Shown here in pieces: positions 1 through 9,018 of a DNA stretch of 64,000 nucleotides. This stretch comes from a virus, in the IMG/VR virus record IMGVR_UViG_3300036879_000022, positions 20,383 through 84,382 of that record; one strand, given 5' to 3'. Made by a program: the position numbers and the translations under genes. The notes under the pieces are model-generated. The model ran no database searches. It was not told where the DNA came from and worked only from the letters and a program-made list of their open reading frames with translations. Position 1 is the first letter of the stretch. The number at the start of each line of letters is the position of its first letter.

Positions 1-2520
1 TACGATAGACATGATTGCCTCAAATTCCTGCACATTACAAGTGTCAATTACTGCCTCCGCGATGACCTCGTCATGGATCGACAAAAGCAAGTCAAACTCG
101 GGCATTTCGTCGATCCGGAGCATCGCTTCCGCGAGCAGATCACGCGACGATGCCTGATCATAATTCTCGACAAGCGAACCGCCGTGCGTTCCGCATCGCT
201 TCCACTGTTTAGTGTAGGTATCACGCCCCATGAATGACAGATGCGGCGAGACGAAGCTCTCCGGCGGATCGGGGAGTAGCTTCTTGTGCTGCTTCTCCGC
301 GAGCTTCTCCGCGTGCCAGCGCACTTGATGCTGCGGCACTTTCTTCTTGGCGGGGAAGTTGATCGCGCAGGGGCGTCCGCGCTCATTGAGCGCAGCGAAG
401 CGATACGTGACGCGCTGGCGAACTTGCGGATAGAGATAGGCGAGCAGTCGGCCGCTGGGCAGCCTGCAATGCAGGAAGTTGCCATCGTCGGACATGAAGT
501 AGCTGACAGCTCCGATGCCTGTGATTGGGTCGCCGCCGCAGAAGTGCTCGCCGCCTTCAACCACCGCTGCGATAGCCGCCCTCTCGCTGTCGCGCCAGAG
601 CATCGGGACTTCGGGGTATTTGTCTTTGCGATAGACCTTGACGACCATCTGACAGAACTCGTCTTCAAGCCAAATGCCTTCGTCGGCCCAGACCGTCGCT
701 TGGAACTTCTCCCATCCCATCGCGTAGCCGAGGCCGAGCACCGCCTTCTTACCGAGGTTGCGCTCAGTCTTGTCGGCCTTCGTGATCAGGCGCTTGTAGA
801 TGCCGCTCGCCATGTCGCAGTAAATATCTTTGCCCGGCGTGAACATCGCGAGCATGTCAGCGCAGCCCGAGAGCCACGCGAGCTTGCGCGCCTCGATCGC
901 ATTGAAGTCGGCCGCGTACAGCTCTTTGCCCGGGGATGCGATCAGCGCGCCACGGCAGGCCTTGGCGAGCATCACCATCGGCTCGCCCCACATCATCGTG
1001 ATCAGGTCGTGATCGAGATGCATGATATCGTTCCATGCATCGCCCATCTCGTCGAACCCGTCAGATGTCAGCTTCTTGTATCCGCCGCCGTAGCCGCGAA
1101 CGAAGTTGTGCGGCTGCACACCTTTGCCGGACCATCGGCCCGTGCGGTCAGCTCCGTTGTAGAGCATGATGTCGTGCAGGCGATCGTCGGGGCAGACGCT
1201 CTGGAGCATGCGCTTGTATTTGGCGACCGATGAGCGGTTGACCTCCATGCAGATGCGGAGCGCCCGTTCGACGTACTCGCCCTCCGGACCGAACGCATCC
1301 CACTTCTCTCGACTGGGCTCCAGAGCAGCCTCGCGTGCCTCGTCGCCGGCTTTCGTCGGGACGCCGTCGAGCGCGAAGCTGAGCGTGTCGGCCTTGGTAT
1401 CCTTCAGTGGCTCGCCGCCCAGCTCAGTTAGCTTGTCATTCGCCCAGCGCAGGAGCGCGGTGCGTTGCGAGCCCTTGAGCACGCGGTTGCCCGTCAGGGC
1501 GGCCAGCTCGCCATTGAGCCTCTTGGCCTCTTCGGCGGCATAGTCAAACGCGGTTTGCGCGGCCGGGATATCGAGCGCGACGCCCCGCAGGTTCATGCGG
1601 AAGTCCATGAGCCAATACTCACGCTCACGATCGGTCATCTCGGGGCAGAACTCCGAGAGACCGCGCTCGGCGCGCACGTCGCCTTTGCAGTATTCCCAGT
1701 TGCGGCGATGCTCAATTTCTTCTTCGCAGAACCGGATTTCATTCGGGTTGATCGGGGCGGGCGCGCGGAGTTCGTTGTCCGGCGGCTCCACGTCGGTATA
1801 GACCCACTCTTCTCGCCTGACCTGACGGAGATAGCCCTTCTTGACCAACCGATCATTGAGGGAGTTACGCGCGCTCGCCCACGGCTCTTTCGTTGCCGGG
1901 TAGAACGGGACGAGGTCTTCGAGAATGTCGCGAGCCTCTACATTGGTCAGAACTTTGTCAGGCTCCCAGTTCGCGAGCACTTCCCGTTCGAAGGCGCCCT
2001 TCAGGGTCTCGCCCTCGGCCTTCTTGCGTCGTCGAGCCATTGGCTTCGATAGCTTGTTGATGAGCCGCTTGCCGTCCGCCACCTTGTGATAGGGGAGACC
2101 GAGCGCGGTGATTGCGTCCTCCAGCCCCCGGGGCAAGGATAGGCACGACGCTTTCGCTGCCGAGCAGAACATCTGTTCGAGCTGGAGCTTGACATCAAAC
2201 ATGGGAAACTCGCGCGTGAGCGCTTCATTCCAGATGTTGAACTCGAAGCCGGCGTTGTGCGCTTCGACCGGCTCGCCGTCGCGGATGCGCTCGATTAGTT
2301 CATCGGGGCGAGGGTCCGCCTCGCACCACGTGGTATTGGTGACCGGGTCATAGTGGCCCCGGTGCCAGAGATGCACAGGACCATCGATCGGCTCTTCTGG
2401 GAATTGCCAGCACAGGCACAAGGCTTGCGTGCTCGTGTCGAGCGCGTAGCGCCGCTGACCCCACTTTAGGAGGTCGGCGACGCTTCGCGTTTCGAAGTCG
2501 ATCGTGATCGGCCTGATCAT
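1..2520 (-). CDS. polA: Family A DNA polymerase with N-terminal 3'-5' exonuclease (3' end beyond window)
   Basis: Manual translation from ATG 2520: MIRPITIDFETRS (ExoI), AHNAGFE (ExoII), TGRWSGKGVQPHN, ADFNAIEARKLAW (motif A), RNLGKKAVLGLGY (motif B, Leu at the 762-equivalent), SIHDEVI (motif C). All motifs lie in the frame that reaches position 1 without a terminal stop, which explains its absence from the ORF track. Confidence 0.95.
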   Translation of the reverse strand, partial: MIRPITIDFETRSVADLLKWGQRRYALDTSTQALCLCWQFPEEPIDGPVHLWHRGHYDPVTNTTWCEADPRPDELIERIRDGEPVEAHNAGFEFNIWNEALTREFPMFDVKLQLEQMFCSAAKASCLSLPRGLEDAITALGLPYHKVADGKRLINKLSKPMARRRKKAEGETLKGAFEREVLANWEPDKVLTNVEARDILEDLVPFYPATKEPWASARNSLNDRLVKKGYLRQVRREEWVYTDVEPPDNELRAPAPINPNEIRFCEEEIEHRRNWEYCKGDVRAERGLSEFCPEMTDREREYWLMDFRMNLRGVALDIPAAQTAFDYAAEEAKRLNGELAALTGNRVLKGSQRTALLRWANDKLTELGGEPLKDTKADTLSFALDGVPTKAGDEAREAALEPSREKWDAFGPEGEYVERALRICMEVNRSSVAKYKRMLQSVCPDDRLHDIMLYNGADRTGRWSGKGVQPHNFVRGYGGGYKKLTSDGFDEMGDAWNDIMHLDHDLITMMWGEPMVMLAKACRGALIASPGKELYAADFNAIEARKLAWLSGCADMLAMFTPGKDIYCDMASGIYKRLITKADKTERNLGKKAVLGLGYAMGWEKFQATVWADEGIWLEDEFCQMVVKVYRKDKYPEVPMLWRDSERAAIAAVVEGGEHFCGGDPITGIGAVSYFMSDDGNFLHCRLPSGRLLAYLYPQVRQRVTYRFAALNERGRPCAINFPAKKKVPQHQVRWHAEKLAEKQHKKLLPDPPESFVSPHLSFMGRDTYTKQWKRCGTHGGSLVENYDQASSRDLLAEAMLRIDEMPEFDLLLSIHDEVIAEAVIDTCNVQEFEAIMSIV

Positions 2521-2801
2521 GCGAGATTGGATGCTTCCGCGACGGTGCGCGTGAGCGTCGTCTCCAGATCGCCAGCACGGCTATGCCGCTGAGACTGGAC
2601 AACACGAAGAGAGGGCTGGAGAAATTCTCTGAGACAGCCCTTCAATACCTCCCGTGCGTCGAGCACGTTCTGATAATTGGCTTGTCGCTGAGCCATGAAC
2701 CTCGGCTCGGGGGAGGCTGAGATCACGGATGCGAGTACGAGGGCCTCGATCGCTTCCGTGACGAGTTCAATCTTGGTTTCGGTGACAGGATTTGAGGACA
2801 T
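2517..2801 (-). CDS. Hypothetical protein coupled to polA
   Basis: 94-aa ORF whose stop overlaps the polA start (ATGA). Confidence 0.7.
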   Translation of the reverse strand: MSSNPVTETKIELVTEAIEALVLASVISASPEPRFMAQRQANYQNVLDAREVLKGCLREFLQPSLRVVQSQRHSRAGDLETTLTRTVAEASNLA

Positions 2802-3032
2802 GATGCGCTTTCCAAATTGACGATGCAGACTTTAGAGACCTTGGCCGCGCCGTTGTCAAATGGTTGGGGCGCGACACCGTTTTGCGATATCGCGCCCCGG
2901 AAGGTGCAGAGGTCGGACGCACTAATCCCGGCGTTCATTAGAGTGCTGGGTGCACCTAAAGCGGGGGCGGTGTCATCGGGCTCAAGAATGGCCTCCTGAA
3001 AGCACCGCCCCCTAACAACCGCGCGTGGCCAG

Positions 3033-3671
3033 TTACGCGGTCGGATCGTCGTCGCCGACGCCGCCGAAGTCGTCGTCGTCATCGGACGTGAAGCCCTCGG
3101 CCGGATCATCGCCGAAGTCATCCTCGGCCGACGTGAAGCCTTCGAAGCTATCGTCATCGCCGAGCTTCTGGATGTTGCCCAGACCGATGGCCAGACCCTT
3201 GCCAATCTTGTCGAAGGCGTAGGGGTTGACCGAGGCGCGAGCCCAGCAGCCGGCGTAGAACTCTTCCGCGTTCTCGGATGTGATCGGGTTGCCCTTCACG
3301 TCGAGAATTTGGGGGCGCCGCTTCGAGTTGGCCATGGAGAAGAACACCATGTCCGGATCGCCGTAGCCCTGATAGGTCTTCTCGTCCCCCTTGTGGAACG
3401 GGATTTTGAAGGAGCGATCCTCCTTCATCTTCTTGATGTCCTTCTTGAAGAACTCCTGACAGACCTCGCCGAGCTTGGCGCGGATGGCCTGCCACTTCAG
3501 CTTGTCAGCCTCGGTGAACTCCTTGGGATAGAACAGACCCACGAGCGAATAGCGGAGCGTGCCGTCATTGTAGCTCGACTTCTCGAAGACTTGGGGAAAC
3601 GAGACCCGGAATTTCGGGGTCAGTAGGCGGGAGCCCTTTTTGCCGGGCGCAGCGGTAGCGTTGGATGCCAT
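3033..3671 (-). CDS. ssb: Phage ssDNA-binding protein, DUF2815 / T7 gp2.5-like
   Basis: RVSFPQVFE, EFYAGCWARASVNPYAF, GLGNIQKLGD and an acidic tail (SAEDDFGDD); lies between the DUF2800 and polA genes. Confidence 0.9.
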   Translation of the reverse strand: MASNATAAPGKKGSRLLTPKFRVSFPQVFEKSSYNDGTLRYSLVGLFYPKEFTEADKLKWQAIRAKLGEVCQEFFKKDIKKMKEDRSFKIPFHKGDEKTYQGYGDPDMVFFSMANSKRRPQILDVKGNPITSENAEEFYAGCWARASVNPYAFDKIGKGLAIGLGNIQKLGDDDSFEGFTSAEDDFGDDPAEGFTSDDDDDFGGVGDDDPTA

Positions 3672-3749
3672 GTCTTTGTCCTTTCGATTTGATGTGATGT
3701 GATAATTGGACTTGGCAGTTGCGGGGTTTAACGATTTGGTAACCATGTG

Positions 3750-3806
3750 TCAAGAGATAAAATGATGCCATCCAAAGAAAACGGTGGCCCCCAACATAGC
3801 ACCCGG
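3750..3806 (-). pseudogene. Duplicated 3' end of the PAP2 gene (PGAMLGATVFFGWHHFIS*)
   Basis: Matches the C-terminus PGAMLGSIVFFGWHYFIP* of 5067-5687; 19 identical nt CCCCAACATAGCACCCGGG in both copies. Confidence 0.85.
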
Positions 3807-3815
3807 GGATAACGC

Positions 3816-3840
3816 AAAAAGATGCCCGGCAGAGCCGGGC
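3816..3840 (-). terminator. Intrinsic terminator
   Basis: GCCCGGC-TCT-GCCGGGC followed by ATCTTTTT on the minus strand, after ORF 3862-4827. Confidence 0.65.
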
Positions 3841-3861
3841 GTCTATGACGGGTCGGGGAAT

Positions 3862-4827
3862 TTAAGCAGTCAAGGTCGGGGCCGGTAGGATCGGTTTTAC
3901 AGCCTTGGGGAAGAACCGCTTGCCCTCAACAGTGATGACGCCCTTATACTGGGCTACCGAGACCCCGGTCACAAGAGCGTTCCAGACCTTGACGCCGATT
4001 GCAAGACGGTCAATCGCCGAAATCTTCTTAGTCTTGTTCTTGCCGTTGGCCTCCGTCAGGCGCTCGCGGTAGAAAAGCACCGGATCACCCTTTTTGAGCC
4101 CAGCCCCCGTAGCCATCTGATCCGCCCAGACATCCGCCCAAGCCTTGTTGAGCTTGGCAAAGACATAGTAGAGCCCCGCCGCCTGTGACGGGGCCAAGTG
4201 CGAGATGGATTGCGACTTCACGACGGCAGCGATGAGGTTCGCCGGGTCCGCATCGTAAGCAGCCCTAACTACTTCGTTGTCCGCCGTGTAGCTCATCACC
4301 GACCACTGATTTTCAATGATGGTCGAGTTGCGGATCGCGCCAAAGACCAACGCGGCTGCGCGAGCCGGAGAGAGCCCTTCGATTTCGCAACCTTCGATCC
4401 CGACGATGTCGTTGCCGCGCCGAGTACGACCGCGACCCATAGTTGAGAAGGTCTCCCGATCAATGCCGTAGATAACGAAAGACATGAAAGGTGTTCCAGT
4501 TTCAACACTGGCGATACAGCGGTGCTGCCCGTCTAAAGTTTCGCCCTCGTCACTGATGATGATCGGCTCTCCGTTGACGCGCCACTTGTTCTCTGTAAGC
4601 TGGCGGCTGTAGTCGCGAACAGCACTCTTGTTGACGGGCCGGTTCTTAGTCATATGGTCGAGCAAGTCCTGTGCGCGCTCCGGTGAGATCAGTTCTACCC
4701 GCGCCAGATATGACTGTCGCCCGGTATGGACATGGCCCGTTGCGATGAGGGTATTGAGGCGATCAGATTTAGCTAACATAGCATTGTTCCTCGTGTTTGA
4801 TGGTTGGTATGGATTGGACTTGTTCAC
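3862..4827 (-). CDS. ParB/DGQHR-like N-terminal domain protein
   Basis: ISPERAQDLL..KNRPV..WRVNGEPII..LDGQHRC pattern. Confidence 0.75.
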   Translation of the reverse strand: MNKSNPYQPSNTRNNAMLAKSDRLNTLIATGHVHTGRQSYLARVELISPERAQDLLDHMTKNRPVNKSAVRDYSRQLTENKWRVNGEPIIISDEGETLDGQHRCIASVETGTPFMSFVIYGIDRETFSTMGRGRTRRGNDIVGIEGCEIEGLSPARAAALVFGAIRNSTIIENQWSVMSYTADNEVVRAAYDADPANLIAAVVKSQSISHLAPSQAAGLYYVFAKLNKAWADVWADQMATGAGLKKGDPVLFYRERLTEANGKNKTKKISAIDRLAIGVKVWNALVTGVSVAQYKGVITVEGKRFFPKAVKPILPAPTLTA

Positions 4828-4911
4828 ATGCCGTCGTCTGTATCAACGACCACGCGGATGCGAAAGTCAAGAGGCATTTGCCACATCTTAACGAGCACCC
4901 TCGAAATCCTC

Positions 4912-4926
4912 TTAATATCCGGTTAA
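4912..4926. promoter_or_regulatory. CtrA-like box TTAA-N7-TTAA
   Basis: TTAATATCCGGTTAA in the intergenic region upstream of 4827. Confidence 0.5.
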
Positions 4927-4944
4927 GACGAAAGAACAGCGATT

Positions 4945-5070
4945 TCAGATTTTCAGGGCCGTCAGAGCTTTAGGCGTTTTCCCGAGTTTCGTGACGTGAG
5001 TGCGCCACGTCCACTCGCCAGTCAGCGGGTCGTAGCGCAGGATCGATTTCAGATACGCTTGGGAGATCAT
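4945..5070 (-). pseudogene. Truncated HNH homing endonuclease N-terminus
   Basis: MISQAYLKSILRYDPLTGEWTW resembles the usual N-terminus of phage HNH/AP2 endonucleases; ends after 41 aa with no HNH motif. Confidence 0.6.
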
Positions 5071-5687
5071 GGGATGAAGTAGTGCCAGCCAAAGAAGACG
5101 ATAGACCCCAACATAGCACCCGGGATGATATCGACGCAATAATGCTGCTTGGTCTTGAGCGCGGACGTTGCGATGAGCAGCGGGAAGAGCGCGCAGACGT
5201 AGCCGGCGACCGGCCAGTTGGCGCCGATGGTCAGATCAACCATCATGGCGACGCTGACGTGCATGCTCGGCAGGCTGTTGCGGAGCTTGTCATAGCTCCA
5301 GACCATGTCGAGCATCCGCATTGACTTCGGATGCTCCACACGGGCATCGGAGACATGGAAGGCCGTGCGCCAGTGCCCGGGGATAGCGACCGGCCACGTG
5401 ACGAACATGAAGACCTGTATGGCCAGCAACGTCAGGAAGCATCCCACGGTGTAGGCATAGGCCTGCCACGTCGGCACGCTGAGCGCGGCAAGCAGGATCA
5501 TCGGATAGTAGAGCCCGGAATAAATCCAGACCCATCGCGGATCGAAGTTGATCCGCTGATCCCAGCCGGTCTCGAAGTAACGTGCGTCGAAGAACGTCTG
5601 GCGCTGCGCCCAGAAATAGAATTGGTACCCGCCGACGATCAAGACGACCGTGATGAAGAGTTCAAGAATTCGGTCGAATAGTTCCAT
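5067..5687 (-). CDS. PAP2-superfamily membrane phosphatase/phosphotransferase (AUR1/IPC-synthase-like)
   Basis: Several hydrophobic helices plus NSLPSMHV and KQHYCVDI catalytic motifs. Confidence 0.85.
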   Translation of the reverse strand: MELFDRILELFITVVLIVGGYQFYFWAQRQTFFDARYFETGWDQRINFDPRWVWIYSGLYYPMILLAALSVPTWQAYAYTVGCFLTLLAIQVFMFVTWPVAIPGHWRTAFHVSDARVEHPKSMRMLDMVWSYDKLRNSLPSMHVSVAMMVDLTIGANWPVAGYVCALFPLLIATSALKTKQHYCVDIIPGAMLGSIVFFGWHYFIP

Positions 5688-5844
5688 CGTCAAGCTCCCC
5701 TTTGGCAACGGCTTCCGCGCGCAGCCTCGCATGTATGATACCGACATTCGGGCCGGTTGGGTTTTTGATCCACTCTGCCGCCGCCTCGGTCATAAGCCGC
5801 ATCTCGACCCGGCGGCGCTCGCATCCTACGCACCGCTCCACGGC

Positions 5845-6477
5845 TCAGCCTCCTTGAGGGTGCCGAATGAGACAATAGACGGTGCCGACCTCGCCGCCGT
5901 GGACGGTCATGAAAACCCATGACACGTCAGTCGGATTGTCGAGATCGTCGTCGAGCTTGTTGACGAGTTCTGGCGGAACCGGGACTTCCGTTCCATTCGG
6001 GATGGCTTGTCGTGTCGTGCCGTCCGGATACGCCTTCGCGGAGCCGTCGCCGATCTTCGCGGTCCATGTCCCGTCCGCATTACGCCAATAGTCTTCGACC
6101 GGATAGGCATCGCCCTTGCCACAACACGAGCCGGGCATGTTCGGGCGCTGAAGGCGCTCAAACCATTTCGTTGTCGCGCTGTTCGGGTTGAAGCCGTGAT
6201 CCATTGCTGGAGCCGAGTGCGGCCAGAGAACCCAGAGCGCGAGGGCGAGGAAGCAAGCCCAGCCCACGAGCGAGCGCGCAGTGTTCGCGGTCGGGCTCGA
6301 CGGTGCTGGCCCGTCATAGGTCTCGATCAGGCGCGCATACGGATGACCGCGATCACGTCCGTCCGGGCATCCCGGATACTCGCACGTGAAAAAGCGGTTC
6401 TTGTCGCCGTTGCAGATCGGGCAGCGATACTCCTTGCGGGGCTCCGGATACGCCGGGCCGTGTTCATCCGTGCCCAT
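5845..6477 (-). CDS. Membrane-anchored Cys-containing hypothetical protein
   Basis: N-terminal CxxC/CxxxxC, a TM segment, then GSCCG and VYC. Confidence 0.65.
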   Translation of the reverse strand: MGTDEHGPAYPEPRKEYRCPICNGDKNRFFTCEYPGCPDGRDRGHPYARLIETYDGPAPSSPTANTARSLVGWACFLALALWVLWPHSAPAMDHGFNPNSATTKWFERLQRPNMPGSCCGKGDAYPVEDYWRNADGTWTAKIGDGSAKAYPDGTTRQAIPNGTEVPVPPELVNKLDDDLDNPTDVSWVFMTVHGGEVGTVYCLIRHPQGG

Positions 6478-6862
6478 GGGCGTCCTCGTTGATTGTGATC
6501 GGCGCCTTCTCGACGCCGCTCAGCGGCGGATTGTCCTTGAGCGAGAGCGGATCAAGGCCGCGCGCAAGACACTCTTCAACGCTGAGCCCGTCAAGCTCAT
6601 GCGGGACCGGCTTGACGACGTAGGCGCGCATCGCCGGCTGATTGGCGGTGCAGAGACCGATCTCGACAACGCCGCCCTCGTTGAGCATCTTGAGTTCGTG
6701 CTTGGTCGGCTTCCATGTGCTGATCAGCTCGACAACGTTGGCCTCGCCGAATGTTTCCGCGCGGACCTGTAGGTCACCGCACTCCCCGTCCATGGTTTTC
6801 GCATCCCAGTTCTCGGGCTTCGCGAATAGATGCGTGGCTCCACGCGTGACTGTCGGCTTCAT
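6464..6862 (-). CDS. Hypothetical protein
   Basis: 132 aa, overlaps neighbouring start/stop codons. Confidence 0.65.
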   Translation of the reverse strand: MKPTVTRGATHLFAKPENWDAKTMDGECGDLQVRAETFGEANVVELISTWKPTKHELKMLNEGGVVEIGLCTANQPAMRAYVVKPVPHELDGLSVEECLARGLDPLSLKDNPPLSGVEKAPITINEDAHGHG

Positions 6863-7158
6863 TTGGGGCTCCTATGACTTTTCTTCGGCCGCTTGTCATA
6901 CTCGACGGCCTTCAGTGCCTCGCCAACGAGATACCAAACATGGTGCTCATCGCTGGGGACTTGACTGACTTTTCCTTGCCGGTTTACGATGCGCTTGTCA
7001 AGGTCTTCTTTCTTCCGGCCGCGCAACGTTTTGACATCGTAGTTGTGAAGTCCGGCGGGCTCGCTCCCGTCATCGATATTGCTGATATGCATCCGAGCAA
7101 GCTCTTTGCTCCGGCTGGAATGGATCGCGCTGTCAAGGTAGACCGTCACGATGATCAT
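6859..7158 (-). CDS. Hypothetical protein
   Basis: Starts MIIVTVYL with ATGA coupling to the upstream ORF. Confidence 0.6.
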   Translation of the reverse strand: MIIVTVYLDSAIHSSRSKELARMHISNIDDGSEPAGLHNYDVKTLRGRKKEDLDKRIVNRQGKVSQVPSDEHHVWYLVGEALKAVEYDKRPKKSHRSPK

Positions 7159-7445
7159 CGCAGAACTCCCGCCGAGCTGTTGATGTATTGACACGGGCTG
7201 AGCCCGCTCGGTGACCGCTCGTACTTGAAGCGCGGCACTCCGTTCGCGACCTCCTGTACGAACCGAATGAGGCGCTGAGTGTAGATCGGCGCGAGCTGCG
7301 CATTTCCCCACGTGTAGTCCGTATAGACGACTACGGCGTGGCCTTCATCGTCTCGGGCCATGCCGATGATCGTGTAGAGGCCGCTCTTATAGTGCCTCCA
7401 CGCCTCGCCAGTCGCGGGCATCCGGAAGTCCTGTTGCACGGTCAA
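7155..7445 (-). CDS. DUF1653-family protein
   Basis: WRHYKSGLYTIIGMA..VVVY motif. Confidence 0.75.
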   Translation of the reverse strand: MTVQQDFRMPATGEAWRHYKSGLYTIIGMARDDEGHAVVVYTDYTWGNAQLAPIYTQRLIRFVQEVANGVPRFKYERSPSGLSPCQYINSSAGVLR

Positions 7446-8752
7446 AAGTCATCTCCATCGTCATCGTCATCGGCGAACTCGTTGACTGCATCGTCGAGCA
7501 CGCTTGTCGCCTCGCGCGGGTCGTAGCCGGGCGCGATCGTCAATTTCCCGTTCGGCATGAAGGCCAGCTCGCCAATGGCTTTCTTGACCCGCTTACGCTG
7601 ATCCTTGCCGACGCCGAGCTTCTCCAACTGCGCGGGCGTCTTGAGTTTGGGCTCAACATAGAGGTCTTCGACCGCGAGCCCGATGTAGTCGATATCCGGG
7701 CCAAGCTCTTCAGCCGACGCGGTCAGGCGCCGTTTCGTTTCCTCGGGATCGATCAGACGCCGCTTCGACTTCCCACGTACAAGCTTCCAGTCGCCCACGG
7801 CGTTGCCATTCTCAAGCTCACGCTGGATATCGCCCTTGATGTTGTTGCACCATGCTTCGATCACCGGAAGCCATTCGGCCTTGTGTGCCAGCTCCTTGGT
7901 GCTTGTCGGCAACGGCAGTTGAGCCGGCGGCTCGTCTTCCGTGAAGTCGGCCTGCGCCTCTTCAAGCAACATGCTGTCGAACTCGGTACAGCGGCGCTTG
8001 GCCGGGCACCATAGGCACCAATCGCCTGCACGCAGCGGCGCATTCGGCGCGTCCGTCGCGTCGGCCGCTTCCTTCATCCTGATCTCGTAGAGCTTCAGCT
8101 CATCGATCGAATAGCTCTCGGATCGGATGGTCCCTTCCTTGTGCGGGGCATGCGGTTGGGAGATCGTGACCGTGACGCCTTCGCAGTCGGGATGCTCATG
8201 CGCGGCAAGAACCGCGTACTGCTTGAGCTGATCGTTATCCTTCGCCTCGACGATGATGTAGCCGTTCTTGTGATCGACGATGTCGAGCCATCCGTAGGGC
8301 TCGGCAACGCGAACGTCGATCGACCCGCCGAAGCGATGGTCTAGCCACGAGCCGTCGAGATAGACCTCGGAGTAGACCTCCGGCGCGAAGCGGGCCGCCT
8401 TGATGCGGCCAACCTCGTCAATGGTTTGCTGCACGCCTTCGACCATCTTCTCATCGGCGACGAACATGAACCATCCCGGGCGCGCGTGCTCGGGATCGAG
8501 CGCAGGCTTGCCCGGGGGATAATACTCGGTCTCTTCGTCACCGTCCGCCTTCACGAGGAAGGTTGAGCCTGCGTACTCGCTGGCGTCTTCGGCTCCGGCG
8601 ATGATCATGATCTCGACGAGCTTGTGCGCGGCCGTGCCGAGCATCGCGGCTTGGCCTGTCGTTGAGCTTTCGTCGCCGATTAGGGCGATCGAGCCCGGAC
8701 AGTTCATCCATCGGTGCGACGCGGAGGGGGATAGCTTTGCGTGGCCGGCCAT
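7442..8752 (-). CDS. DUF2800 Cas4-like PD-(D/E)xK nuclease
   Basis: HAKLSPSASHRWMNCPGS, GTAAH, GGSID, IVDHKNG, QLKQYA, GDWCLWCPAKRRC, WKLVRGKS. Confidence 0.9.
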   Translation of the reverse strand: MAGHAKLSPSASHRWMNCPGSIALIGDESSTTGQAAMLGTAAHKLVEIMIIAGAEDASEYAGSTFLVKADGDEETEYYPPGKPALDPEHARPGWFMFVADEKMVEGVQQTIDEVGRIKAARFAPEVYSEVYLDGSWLDHRFGGSIDVRVAEPYGWLDIVDHKNGYIIVEAKDNDQLKQYAVLAAHEHPDCEGVTVTISQPHAPHKEGTIRSESYSIDELKLYEIRMKEAADATDAPNAPLRAGDWCLWCPAKRRCTEFDSMLLEEAQADFTEDEPPAQLPLPTSTKELAHKAEWLPVIEAWCNNIKGDIQRELENGNAVGDWKLVRGKSKRRLIDPEETKRRLTASAEELGPDIDYIGLAVEDLYVEPKLKTPAQLEKLGVGKDQRKRVKKAIGELAFMPNGKLTIAPGYDPREATSVLDDAVNEFADDDDDGDDF

Positions 8753-8772
8753 TTCGTTTCCTTCTAAAAAGT

Positions 8773-8930
8773 TGGCGCGCTGGGGAGGACCGGACCCTCC
8801 ATCCATACTCTACGTTTCGATTTCGTCTCGGCGTCCCGGCCACTTCCGTCAGGTCTCGCCTGATGGCGTTGTGTGGCGACGACTACTGACTACCTCGTAA
8901 AGTCGCTCTGTCTGTTTGAGCTACCAGCGC
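8773..8930 (-). ncRNA. 158-nt tRNA-like RNA (Arg-like frame) with an ~81-nt structured insert
   Basis: Acceptor GCGCTGG/CCAGCGC+GCCA, D stem GCTC/GAGC, T stem GGAGG/CCTCC; stem ACTTTACG/CGTAGAGT encloses 8815-8895. Confidence 0.75.
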
Positions 8931-8940
8931 AAATTTGGTT

Positions 8941-9015
8941 TGGAGGATCAGGCGGGTGCTTCCCCCACTCATACGAGTTTTGCAGACCCGCGCGTTCGTG
9001 TTTCGCCACCGACCC
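8941..9015 (-). tRNA. tRNA-Cys(GCA) with non-canonical T-loop
   Basis: GGGTCGG/CTGATCC acceptor, U73, encoded CCA, anticodon arm CGGGT-CTGCAAA-ACTCG, T arm GTGGG-GGAAGCA-CCCGC. Confidence 0.8.
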
Positions 9016-9018
9016 TAA

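Noticed and set aside
1-2520. PolA absent from the ORF track, suggesting recoding or pseudogenisation
   Set aside because: All motifs lie in one frame that runs off the window edge, so no terminal stop was available to the ORF caller. The same applies to 61933-64000.
7442-8752. Cas4 as evidence of a CRISPR system
   Set aside because: DUF2800 with DUF2815 and PolA is a standard phage replication module.
8815-8895. Hammerhead ribozyme or group I intron in the tRNA insert
   Set aside because: CTGACGG and GAAAC are present, but the CUGANGA core and UH site are not met, and 81 nt is too short for a group I core.
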